NCBI GenBank assembly: GCA_963848295.1
Contig: CAWKDB010000011.1
Span: 1-64,000 of the forward strand
Source: an uncultured delta proteobacterium
GTDB lineage: Bacteria > Myxococcota_A > Polyangia > Haliangiales > Haliangiaceae
Reading direction: 5' to 3'
DNA: 64,000 nucleotides
Below the pieces are notes generated by a model. The model was not told the DNA's origin and did no database searches. It saw nothing but the letters and a program-made list of their open reading frames with translations. Positions within the stretch are counted from its first letter, which is position 1. Each line of letters starts with the position of its first letter. A program made the position numbers and the translations under genes. This document shows positions 50,632 to 58,292 of this stretch, piece by piece.

Positions 50632-51683
50632 CCATCAACGTCGACGCCATCCGCGCGGCGCTCGCGCCGATCGCGATCTTCGAGTCGCAAGGCGTCGACG
50701 TTCTCGATCGCGGCGCTGAGCTGCGCACGAACCTCTGTCCGATCTGCGGCGAGCGTTCGCGCCGCGCGGTCAAGGTGAACACTGAAACCGGCGCGTGGAA
50801 GGATCACGCGAAGGGTTGCAAGGGCGACATCTTCCGGTTGCTCGCGGGCTACGCCGGGCTCGACGTTGCTCGCGAGTATCCGCGCGTCCTCGAGCTTGCG
50901 GCGCAGATCGCCGGCATCGCGAATATCACCAGCCCTGAGATCGAGAAGCTCGTTGCCGAGCGGCGTCGCACGTCCGCCGAGCGGCGTGAACGCAACGAAG
51001 TCGCGCGTGCCGCAGCTCGAGCTCGCATGCCCGGGGTCTGGGCCTCGCTCGCGACCCGTCACGCCGGCGGCGAGGCGTACCTGCGCGACGATCGCGGCAT
51101 CAACCCTGCGACGTTGCGCGATCACGGCGACGTCGTGCGGTACTCGTCGCGCGGCGAGCCCGCGGTAGCGCTTCGCGACCTCGAGAGCGGCGACGTCGTC
51201 GGCGTGCAGTACCGCCGCGTGCTGCCCGGCGATCCGAAGACCCCAGCTGAGACCGGCTCCCAGTTCGCCGGCTCGTGTCTCTACGGGCGGATCGCCGACC
51301 TCGATCCGGACGGCGTCGACGTTGCGGTTGTCGTCGAAGGTCTCGCCGACACGCTCGCGGCGCGGCTGGCGTTCCCGGGCTGCGCGATCTTCGGCGCGCC
51401 TGGTGCTGGCCAGCTCGAGACGGTTACGGCGGCGGTTGCCGCGCGCGTCGCCGAGTGTCGCGGTTGGCTGCTGATCGTGCCGGACGACGACGACGCAGGC
51501 GCGGACCACACAGCGGCGGCGATCGTCGCCGCGCGAGACGCTGGCCTCACTCTCGCTGCCGACAACGCCGGACTCGAAGGCGCATCGACGGTTCGACTCG
51601 TCGACCTCGGCGAGCACCACGATCTTGCCGATGCATGGCGCCATCCCGGTTGGTGCTGGCAGTGGCCACGGAGAACGACATGA
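50628..51683 (+). CDS. DNA primase (zinc finger + TOPRIM)
   Basis: CPIC...H..GC.GDIF zinc finger, YLRDDRGI, VVEGLAD, IVPDDDDAG. Confidence 0.82.
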   Translation: MTINVDAIRAALAPIAIFESQGVDVLDRGAELRTNLCPICGERSRRAVKVNTETGAWKDHAKGCKGDIFRLLAGYAGLDVAREYPRVLELAAQIAGIANITSPEIEKLVAERRRTSAERRERNEVARAAARARMPGVWASLATRHAGGEAYLRDDRGINPATLRDHGDVVRYSSRGEPAVALRDLESGDVVGVQYRRVLPGDPKTPAETGSQFAGSCLYGRIADLDPDGVDVAVVVEGLADTLAARLAFPGCAIFGAPGAGQLETVTAAVAARVAECRGWLLIVPDDDDAGADHTAAAIVAARDAGLTLAADNAGLEGASTVRLVDLGEHHDLADAWRHPGWCWQWPRRTT

Positions 51684-52999
51684 GTGGAGCGAAGCGATCG
51701 CGTGCGCGTCTCGAAGTCATCGAGGCCGACGACCGGCCGACGATCACGCCTCAGCAACGCGACGAGGACTTCCGACGCGACGACAAAGGGCGGATCTACA
51801 CGACGCAAGCCAACATCGCGCTTGCGATGAGAAAGCTCGGTGTGACCGTTCGCTACGATCGGTTCGCCGGCCACGAGCTCGTCGCTGGTCTGCCGGGATT
51901 CGGACCGCGCCTCGACGACGCCGCGATGAACCGACTGCGCCTCGCGATCGACTCCGAATTCACGTTTCGGATCACAAAGGATTTCTTCTACGACGTGGTC
52001 TCTGATCGCGCGCGGCAGAATTCATTTCACCCCGTCGTCGAATACCTCGCCGCTCGCACGTGGGACAAGGTCGAGCGGATCTCCACATGGCTTAGCGACT
52101 ACGCCAGCGCCGAGAATTCGCCTTACGTGCGCGCAGTGTCGCGACTGAGTCTCGTCGCAGCCGCGCGGCGCGTGCGTGACCCAGGCTGCAAATTCGACGA
52201 GATGCTCGTGCTCGAGTCGGCGCAGGGTACGAACAAGTCGACCGCGCTGCGCACGCTCGCGGTGCGTGACGAGTGGTTCGTCGACGATCTCCCGCTCGGC
52301 GCCGACACGAAACGGCTCATGGAGGCGACCGCCGGCCGCTGGATCGTCGAAGCCGGCGAACTCAAGGGCATGAGCAAAGGCGATGTCGCGACGCTCAAGG
52401 CGTACCTGTCGCGCCAGACCGATCAAGCTCGGCTTTCATACGGTCGCAAAGAAACGATCGCGCCACGGCAATTCGTCATCATTGGCACGACGAACGAGAC
52501 CGAGGGCTACCTCAAAGACTCGACCGGCAACCGTCGATTCTGGCCAATCCGCGTCAAAGCGTTCGACCTCGACAAGTTACGGCGCGACCGCGATCAACTC
52601 TGGGCTGAGGCTGCGAAGGCCGAAGCCGACGGCGAGAGTATCCGGCTCGATCCGGCGCTGTATCAGCATGCCGAGGTCGAGCAAGACGCGCGGCGCGCCG
52701 ATGACCCGATGGTGATCTTGCTGAGCGAGCACCTCGGCGACGTGTGCGGCAAGTTGCGGACGCTCGATGCCTGGAAGGTTATCGGCGTCGAGCCCGGCAA
52801 GGCGACGCAAGATCAGAACGTCCGCCTCGGCGCAGCCATGCGCGAGCTCGGGTGGGAACGCAAGCAACGGCGGTTCAACGGCGGCGTGGAGTGGGCCTAC
52901 GTCCGAGGATCGGACGCCGAGCGCGAAGTACCGATCGAGGTTGAAGTCGAAATCGGCTTCGACAAGCAACAGCGAGTGAAGGTGCGCCGCCATGCGTAA
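51680..52999 (+). CDS. VapE/VirE-family helicase-like ATPase
   Basis: FHPV..YL...WD..ERI, PGCKFDEMLVLESAQGTNKST, WIVEAGEL, GTTN, LKDSTGNRRFWPI, RDQLWAEA. Confidence 0.88.
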   Translation: MSGAKRSRARLEVIEADDRPTITPQQRDEDFRRDDKGRIYTTQANIALAMRKLGVTVRYDRFAGHELVAGLPGFGPRLDDAAMNRLRLAIDSEFTFRITKDFFYDVVSDRARQNSFHPVVEYLAARTWDKVERISTWLSDYASAENSPYVRAVSRLSLVAAARRVRDPGCKFDEMLVLESAQGTNKSTALRTLAVRDEWFVDDLPLGADTKRLMEATAGRWIVEAGELKGMSKGDVATLKAYLSRQTDQARLSYGRKETIAPRQFVIIGTTNETEGYLKDSTGNRRFWPIRVKAFDLDKLRRDRDQLWAEAAKAEADGESIRLDPALYQHAEVEQDARRADDPMVILLSEHLGDVCGKLRTLDAWKVIGVEPGKATQDQNVRLGAAMRELGWERKQRRFNGGVEWAYVRGSDAEREVPIEVEVEIGFDKQQRVKVRRHA

Positions 53000-53176
53000 C
53001 CCCGTAACCCCCGTCAAGGGCCGTCACCCCTATCTCTACGAGTGCCCGCGAGCGGTTCTTAGCAGCTGCTATTTCTTTCTTTCTAAAAAAGGGGAGTTAC
53101 GGGGATTACGGAGCGGATCGTCGACGGGGAACGCCGTAACCAGCGGGGGTACGGCGCCCGGGTACGGGGATTACGC
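52995..53176. repeat. putative replication origin: CGTAACC / GGTTACG-type iterons around an AT-rich core
   Basis: CGTAACCCC twice and CCGTCACCCC; ATTTCTTTCTTTCTAAAAAA (53071-53090); then inverted GGAGTTACGGGGATTACGG, CCGTAACC, GGGGTACGG, GGTACGGGGATTACG. Confidence 0.65.
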
Positions 53177-53257
53177 CGGATACCTCACAGCAGCAGAGCA
53201 GCAGGACCGCGGTGTAAATCGACCCGCCCAGCCGTCGCCCTCAAGCTGCAAAGCTGT

Positions 53258-53692
53258 ATGAGCGAACAGCGTCGTAAGCCGCCAAGCCGACTCGGCATGG
53301 GTCCGACGCCGGGCTCGTTCACCGCAGGCGATCCGCGGATCAACCGCAACGGTCGCCCGCGCAGCGGACTGGCGTTCGCCGAGCGCGTGCGCGAGCGGAT
53401 CGATCCCGACATGATGATCGACCTCGCGATGCGCGTCGCCGAAGACACGGGGATGACGCCTGCGGAGCGTTTGGCTGCGCTGTGGCCGCTGATCGACCGC
53501 GGATTCATCAAACCACCGGCGCAGCTCGAAGCGCACGTCACAGGCAACGCTACGCCGTCCTATGACCTATCGAAGCTGCCGCTCGACGAGCGCCGCGCGT
53601 TGCTCGAGAAGCTGCGCGCGTTGCGCACCACCTCACCAGACGAAGACCCGCGGTTACCGGAACCAGCGGTCTCCGACGACGTTAGCGAATAG
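53258..53692 (+). CDS. DUF5681-like putative terminase small subunit
   Basis: GSFTAGDPRINRNGRPR motif, LIDRGF.KP, YDLSKL..DE; lies upstream of terL. Confidence 0.6.
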   Translation: MSEQRRKPPSRLGMGPTPGSFTAGDPRINRNGRPRSGLAFAERVRERIDPDMMIDLAMRVAEDTGMTPAERLAALWPLIDRGFIKPPAQLEAHVTGNATPSYDLSKLPLDERRALLEKLRALRTTSPDEDPRLPEPAVSDDVSE

Positions 53693-53750
53693 TCACCACG
53701 ATAGTCGCCACACGAACCCGCAACGACTTCCAACCCAGCGAGAACACACG

Positions 53751-54062
53751 ATGTCCGTTGTTAAAGCCGCACCCCGTGACGCGCGCGCCAATCACTGGCG
53801 CCCTGACGTCGACGGCGCAACCGGCATCACACGCCGGCGCTACCGCGGCCGACTGCGGCGTGGCCACCCGACCGCAGCGAGCGACGACGCGGTCGACGTG
53901 CGGCTCGCGATCGCCGAGCTCCAGGCCGCGCACGAGATGCTCGTGCGCTGTGACGACGCGTCCGACATCGAGCGCGAGCAGCTCAAGCGCACCGCCTTCG
54001 CCAAGATCGCGCTCGCTGGGCGCGCCGTTGACGAGGTGACGTTGCGCCGGGGTGTCCGATGA
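53751..54062 (+). CDS. hypothetical protein
   Basis: ATG at 53751; ATGA overlap with the next gene. Confidence 0.55.
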   Translation: MSVVKAAPRDARANHWRPDVDGATGITRRRYRGRLRRGHPTAASDDAVDVRLAIAELQAAHEMLVRCDDASDIEREQLKRTAFAKIALAGRAVDEVTLRRGVR

Positions 54063-54307
54063 CGTTCCCTGTCACCATCGAGCGTGACGAGCGCGGCTGT
54101 CTGTTCCGCATGTCCGCCAAGGCTTGGGCCGCGGGTTGGCACATCGGTGACCGCGTGATCGTCGAGCTCGACAGCGGCGACGACGCAGGGGACGTGGTCG
54201 TGTGCGAGCTCGAGTGCGGTCCCGCCGACGAGCCGATCGCGCGGCCGTTCGCACCGCACGGGATCAAGCGCACAACCGGCGTCGTCCGGCAACCGAGGGC
54301 CGCATGA
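54059..54307 (+). CDS. hypothetical protein
   Basis: Coupled ORF of 82 aa. Confidence 0.5.
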   Translation: MTFPVTIERDERGCLFRMSAKAWAAGWHIGDRVIVELDSGDDAGDVVVCELECGPADEPIARPFAPHGIKRTTGVVRQPRAA

Positions 54308-54372
54308 TCGCCGCTCGTCTGCCGCGACTGCTCGCCGCGCTGGCGTTCTTGTTGTTGTCGAGGTGCGTGTGA
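54304..54372 (+). CDS. 22-aa hydrophobic micro-ORF MIAARLPRLLAALAFLLLSRCV
   Basis: ATGA overlap upstream and GTGA overlap with the terL start. Confidence 0.4.
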   Translation: MIAARLPRLLAALAFLLLSRCV

Positions 54373-55913
54373 GCGACGACCTCGCACAGCTCGAGCGCGA
54401 GCTGTGGAATAGCTTGTGGCGCGACGATCCGCACAAGCGGTTTCTCATGTTCGTCGAGCGCTACTGGCCGGTCGTTACCGGTACGGCGTACGTCGCGAAC
54501 CGCGTCACGACCGCGATCATCGCCGCGCTGCAAGACGTTCTCGACGGTACGACGAGCCGGCTCGTCATCGCCAAGCCGCCAGGCTGCGGCGTGTCGACAC
54601 TGCTCGTGCTGTTCGAGGGCTGTCGCACCGCGATCGACCCGTCGTGGCGCACGATCGCCGCGAGCCACAGCTACGAGCTCGCCGCGACCGCGAGTCGTCG
54701 CGTCCGGCGCTTGGTGACGTCGCCCGAGTTTCGCCAGAGCTTCGAGGTCACGCTGCGCGACGACGCGGCGCAGGTCTCGCTCTGGGAGACGTCCGCCGGC
54801 GGTCACTTCATCGCGGTCGGTCGCGAGAGCCACGTCACCGGCCGCCGCGCCAACGAGATCGTGTGCGACGACTTGAACGCCGCCGCGGATCGTCACAGCA
54901 AGGCCGCACTCGAGCACGCCTGGACGTTCTTCGCCGAGACGCTGTCGACGCGCATCGACAACGACCGCAGCGCGATGGTCGTCTGTGCGCAGCGGACCGC
55001 CGTCGACGACGTGCCCGGCCGACTCGTGGAGCAGGGTGGTTGGACCGTGCTCGAGCTGCCGGCCGAAGACGAGCACGGCGAGCCGACGGCGCCTAACGTG
55101 CTGCCCCGCGAACGCCTCGACGCCTTGAAAGCGCAGATCGGCTCGCTCGCCTACGCGACGCAGTACCTGCAACGCCCGAGCGACGACAGCGAGGCCGTGA
55201 TCCGCCGCGTGTGGTGGCGGTTCTACCGCGCGCCGCACGTCTCCGAGCAAGCGCCGCGACCGGCGGGTTGCGACACCGAGCAACCGGCGATTGCATTGCC
55301 CGAGACGTTCGATCGCGTCGTGATCGCGTGCGACTTGACGTTCGGCTCGCTGACCGGCGACTACGCGGCGGTGCAAGCGTGGGCCGCGAAGGGCGGTGCG
55401 CGCTACCTGCTCGAACAGTGGCGCGCGCGGGCTGGATTCGAGGCGCAGGTCTCGGCGATCGCCGCGATCGCGTCACGCTATCCAGGCTGCAAGGTGCTGA
55501 TCGAGCGAGCGGCGAACGGCGCCGCCGTGATCGAGCAGCTGCGCACCGTCATCCCCGGCGTCGTCGCGGTGCGCCCGCAAGGCCCGAAGCTCGCGCGCAT
55601 CGCCGCCATGGCGCCGACGGTCGAAAGCGGCGCCTGTCTGCTGCCGCTCGGCGCGTCGTGGCTAGGCGACTTCGTCGAAGAGCTAGCCGGCGCGACGAAG
55701 CACGACGACATGGCGGACGCCGCCGCGTACGCGATCGCCGACCTGACGCGCGACTCGATCGACAACGAAGAGCCGTTCGGCGGCTACCTGTTCACCGCCG
55801 ACCAGGGCGACGCGCCGCCGGCTCCCACCGCGTCGGACGATCGCCACCACAGCGCCTTCGATTCCTTTCGTTCGCGCCGCTGCCTCGTCGGCGGCTTCGT
55901 CCCCGACGAGTAA
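54369..55913 (+). CDS. terL: terminase large subunit (Terminase_6/6C type) with degenerate Walker A
   Basis: LVIAKPPGCGVST, SHSYELA, TGRRANEIVCDD, AQRTAVDD, QYLQRP; nuclease IACDLTF, LIERAANG, HDDMADA. Confidence 0.85.
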   Translation: MSDDLAQLERELWNSLWRDDPHKRFLMFVERYWPVVTGTAYVANRVTTAIIAALQDVLDGTTSRLVIAKPPGCGVSTLLVLFEGCRTAIDPSWRTIAASHSYELAATASRRVRRLVTSPEFRQSFEVTLRDDAAQVSLWETSAGGHFIAVGRESHVTGRRANEIVCDDLNAAADRHSKAALEHAWTFFAETLSTRIDNDRSAMVVCAQRTAVDDVPGRLVEQGGWTVLELPAEDEHGEPTAPNVLPRERLDALKAQIGSLAYATQYLQRPSDDSEAVIRRVWWRFYRAPHVSEQAPRPAGCDTEQPAIALPETFDRVVIACDLTFGSLTGDYAAVQAWAAKGGARYLLEQWRARAGFEAQVSAIAAIASRYPGCKVLIERAANGAAVIEQLRTVIPGVVAVRPQGPKLARIAAMAPTVESGACLLPLGASWLGDFVEELAGATKHDDMADAAAYAIADLTRDSIDNEEPFGGYLFTADQGDAPPAPTASDDRHHSAFDSFRSRRCLVGGFVPDE

Positions 55914-55976
55914 ATCGACCCACCTAGCCAACCTTGCAAACCTAGTCTCACCGCCAATGTTATCCGCCACCATTTC

Positions 55977-56049
55977 TGACGTCGCGCCCACAACCCAAGC
56001 TCTTGGCGGTGCTTGCGTTGGCAGACTCCTGCGCTCGGGCGCGACGTCA
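55977..56049 (+). ncRNA. C4/CI-like antisense RNA (three-way junction)
   Basis: Perfect 13-bp closing stem, a 9/10-bp stem with a TCTTGGCGGT loop, and a GCAG-ACTC-CTGC hairpin; complementary sites lie upstream and over the downstream RBS. Confidence 0.7.
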
Positions 56050-56072
56050 CTTCTTGTTTCAGGAGCACCGTC

Positions 56073-57719
56073 ATGAAGAAGAGCCCGTTTTCCCTCCGTC
56101 TGAAATCCCTCCGGTTCTTGTCCGCCGTTGACAGCCCGGCGCAGTCCGCGATCGCGCACGCGCTGATCTTCAAGCGCGACAGCGGCGAGGTCACGCTCAC
56201 CGCGAAGGTCGCGAAGCTGTCCGACGAGCTCGGGCTCGTGTTCGGCTACGCGTTCGCGTCATCGCTCGATGGCGGCACGACACCGTACGTCGACGCGCAG
56301 AACGACGCGATCGATCCGGACTTCCTGAAAGCCGCGATGGACTTCGTCGCAGGCGGCGGCGCGACCGACATAAACCACGACGGTCACCAAGACGGCCGCG
56401 TGATCTTTGCGTGGCCGTTGCTGCCCGACATCAACATGGCGCTCGGCATCGAGTCGAAGACCGTCGGGCTCGCCGTGGCGATCAAGCCGAGCGCGGCGAC
56501 GTTCGCGAAGTTCAAGAGCGGCGAGCTCACCGGGTTCAGCATCGAGGGCACCGGCGCTCGCGAGCCGCTCGCCAAGAGCGACGTCACGAAGCAGCCGAAG
56601 CACGTCGTGTGTTCGAAGTGTGAGAAGTCCACCGCGCCGCTGTCGTACTGCTCGAACTGCGGCAGCGCGCTGAGCGGTGACGAGAAGCCGCCGGTGGCCG
56701 CGTCTGGCGCGAGCGCCGACGAGCTCGAGGACCAGGCCGACAAGGCGATCGCCCACAAGCTGTGGGTCGCGAAGCAACTCGCCGAGCACCTCGACTACCT
56801 CGACGGCATCGCGGCTAGCAGCGGCGTCGACGCGGCGCGCACCGTCGCCGAGCGCAACGTGAGCAGCGTCGGCAACTGGGGTGCGGTGTGGCTCGAGAAG
56901 CGCGGCATCGCGTCGCAGGCTGGCGACGCGTCGTTCGCTCAGATCGTCAAGGCCGCGTTCGCCGTCAACGAAACGGCTCGCAAGGGCCACCGCGAGAAGG
57001 TCGCCGCGGCCCAAAGGACGTTCGACGGCGCGGTCGCCGAGCTCGCCACCAAGCGCGGCATCACGAACGACGCCGCGCGGGCCATCGCGATGAACTTCCC
57101 GACAATCAAGGCGCTGCACGCAGACTGGCAGGAGCTCGACCAGTCGGTGCCCGAGGGCCTCGTCGACATCGCTCAGCCGTACACGAAGGCCATCGACGAC
57201 AAGATCGGCGCACTGCAACGCGAGCGCGTCTCCCACATCGAGGCGACCGCCGCGGCTCGAAACCTCGGCATTTACGAAGCCGAGCTCGCCTTGGTGAAAG
57301 GCAAGACGGCCGACGCGGCGCACGGTCGCGAGTCTCAGCTCGGCCGACTCGAGCGCGAGATCGCCGAAGCGCAGGACGAGCGGTCGACGATTCGCACGGG
57401 CATCACCGAACGCGTCGCGGCCCTGTCGCCGCATCACATCGCCACCGATGCCGCGCAGTCCGCGCTGTTGGCCAAGCGCGCCGAGCTCGCGACCATCGTG
57501 AACGAGAGCCCGGGCGGCCGGCTGTTGCGCAAGGCCGTCGAGCGGTTCCAGAAAGAGCACAAGGTCCCGACGTACGCGCAAGCGATGGCCCGCGCGCTCG
57601 TCGACGACGAGGTCGTGCGCGAGCTGTGGCCGATGCGCGACGAGATGCCGGCAACCGCCGACATCGTCGCGGCACGCAAGGCGCTGGCCGAGCTCGACCG
57701 CGAGCAGACGAGCGCGTAA
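56073..57719 (+). CDS. XkdF-like prohead serine protease fused to a double zinc ribbon and a long helical (scaffold-like) region
   Basis: AGGAG RBS; LSAVDSPAQ, GLVFGYA, VDAQND, DINH, KSGELTGFSIEG; CSKC..CSNCG; Ala/Glu/Arg-rich helices. Confidence 0.72.
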   Translation: MKKSPFSLRLKSLRFLSAVDSPAQSAIAHALIFKRDSGEVTLTAKVAKLSDELGLVFGYAFASSLDGGTTPYVDAQNDAIDPDFLKAAMDFVAGGGATDINHDGHQDGRVIFAWPLLPDINMALGIESKTVGLAVAIKPSAATFAKFKSGELTGFSIEGTGAREPLAKSDVTKQPKHVVCSKCEKSTAPLSYCSNCGSALSGDEKPPVAASGASADELEDQADKAIAHKLWVAKQLAEHLDYLDGIAASSGVDAARTVAERNVSSVGNWGAVWLEKRGIASQAGDASFAQIVKAAFAVNETARKGHREKVAAAQRTFDGAVAELATKRGITNDAARAIAMNFPTIKALHADWQELDQSVPEGLVDIAQPYTKAIDDKIGALQRERVSHIEATAAARNLGIYEAELALVKGKTADAAHGRESQLGRLEREIAEAQDERSTIRTGITERVAALSPHHIATDAAQSALLAKRAELATIVNESPGGRLLRKAVERFQKEHKVPTYAQAMARALVDDEVVRELWPMRDEMPATADIVAARKALAELDREQTSA

Positions 57720-57940
57720 TGCGCGACGAGTGGAGCATCGGTTTCGGCGACGCGGTCGACCTGCGCCACTCGGTCGCCGCACGCGAGCGGCTGCTCGTCA
57801 CCGTTGCTCCCTCGTGGTCGCGCGAGCGGCTCGATGGCTTCCTGCACGCGCACGAGCTCGCGCTCAACGCCCAGCGGTGCACGTGCTCGAGCTGTCCGCT
57901 TCACTCATCTTCGGGGACCGCAGGGCCTGACCTCCTGTAG
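57719..57940 (+). CDS. small hypothetical protein (CxCxxC near the C-terminus)
   Basis: TAATG overlap with the upstream gene. Confidence 0.45.
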   Translation: MRDEWSIGFGDAVDLRHSVAARERLLVTVAPSWSRERLDGFLHAHELALNAQRCTCSSCPLHSSSGTAGPDLL

Positions 57941-58049
57941 CGCGTGAATGGAAGGCTCGCTCCCCAACTTTTCGACGGACGGCGAGTAGCGTTGCTACAA
58001 CGCGGCCGTCGAGCAAGCGCGCAAGACGAAGCGATGACCGACGTCGGGT

Positions 58050-58070
58050 TGGTGACTAACTGGTGACTAG
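58050..58070 (+). repeat. integrase arm-type repeats (right): TGGTGACTAA-C-TGGTGACTAG
   Basis: Same motif as 46576-46597, 30 bp inside the right att. Confidence 0.75.
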
Positions 58071-58100
58071 CGATACGTCGCCAGTAAATTCTTCAATCAT

Positions 58101-58151
58101 TTCGTGACCCCAAGAGGAATCGAACCTCTGGCCTACGCTTTAGGAAAGCGC
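58101..58151. repeat. att site within the intact tRNA-Arg
   Basis: Identical to 46422-46472. Confidence 0.96.
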
Positions 58152-58178
58152 CGCTCTATCCGGCTGAGCTATGGGGTC
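58105..58178 (-). tRNA. tRNA-Arg (anticodon CCT)
   Basis: Reverse complement GACCCCATAGCTCAGCCGGATAGAGCGGCGCTTTCCTAAAGCGTAGGCCAGAGGTTCGATTCCTCTTGGGGTCA. Confidence 0.96.
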
Positions 58179-58292
58179 GCGTCGTCGGACGGTGCCCGAC
58201 GGCGCGCCACACGTCAAGTCTGCCTCGGACCGCCGTTTTTCGCCGTACGAACCGCGACCCTAGGCCGGCGCTCAACTAGACTTGGAGGGCAG

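Larger units (their letters stand above)
46422..58151. mobile_element. integrated phage-satellite-like element (~11.7 kb) in tRNA-Arg(CCT)
   Basis: 51-bp direct repeats at both ends; integrase, AlpA/Xis, primase, VapE, terminase and protease genes all on the + strand; no portal, capsid, tail or lysis gene recognised. Confidence 0.9.

Noticed and set aside
52992..53261. 89-aa ORF after vapE
   Set aside because: It coincides with the iteron/AT-rich region and has atypical composition; treated as non-coding, although it overlaps both neighbours.
55977..56049. Intrinsic terminator or tRNA remnant interpretation of the structured RNA
   Set aside because: It is a branched structure with no T-arm motif and only a broken T-tract; the paired target sites favour a C4-like RNA, although attenuation cannot be excluded.
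46422..58151. Complete autonomous prophage or ICE
   Set aside because: Too small; no portal, capsid, tail, lysis, relaxase or conjugation genes were recognised.
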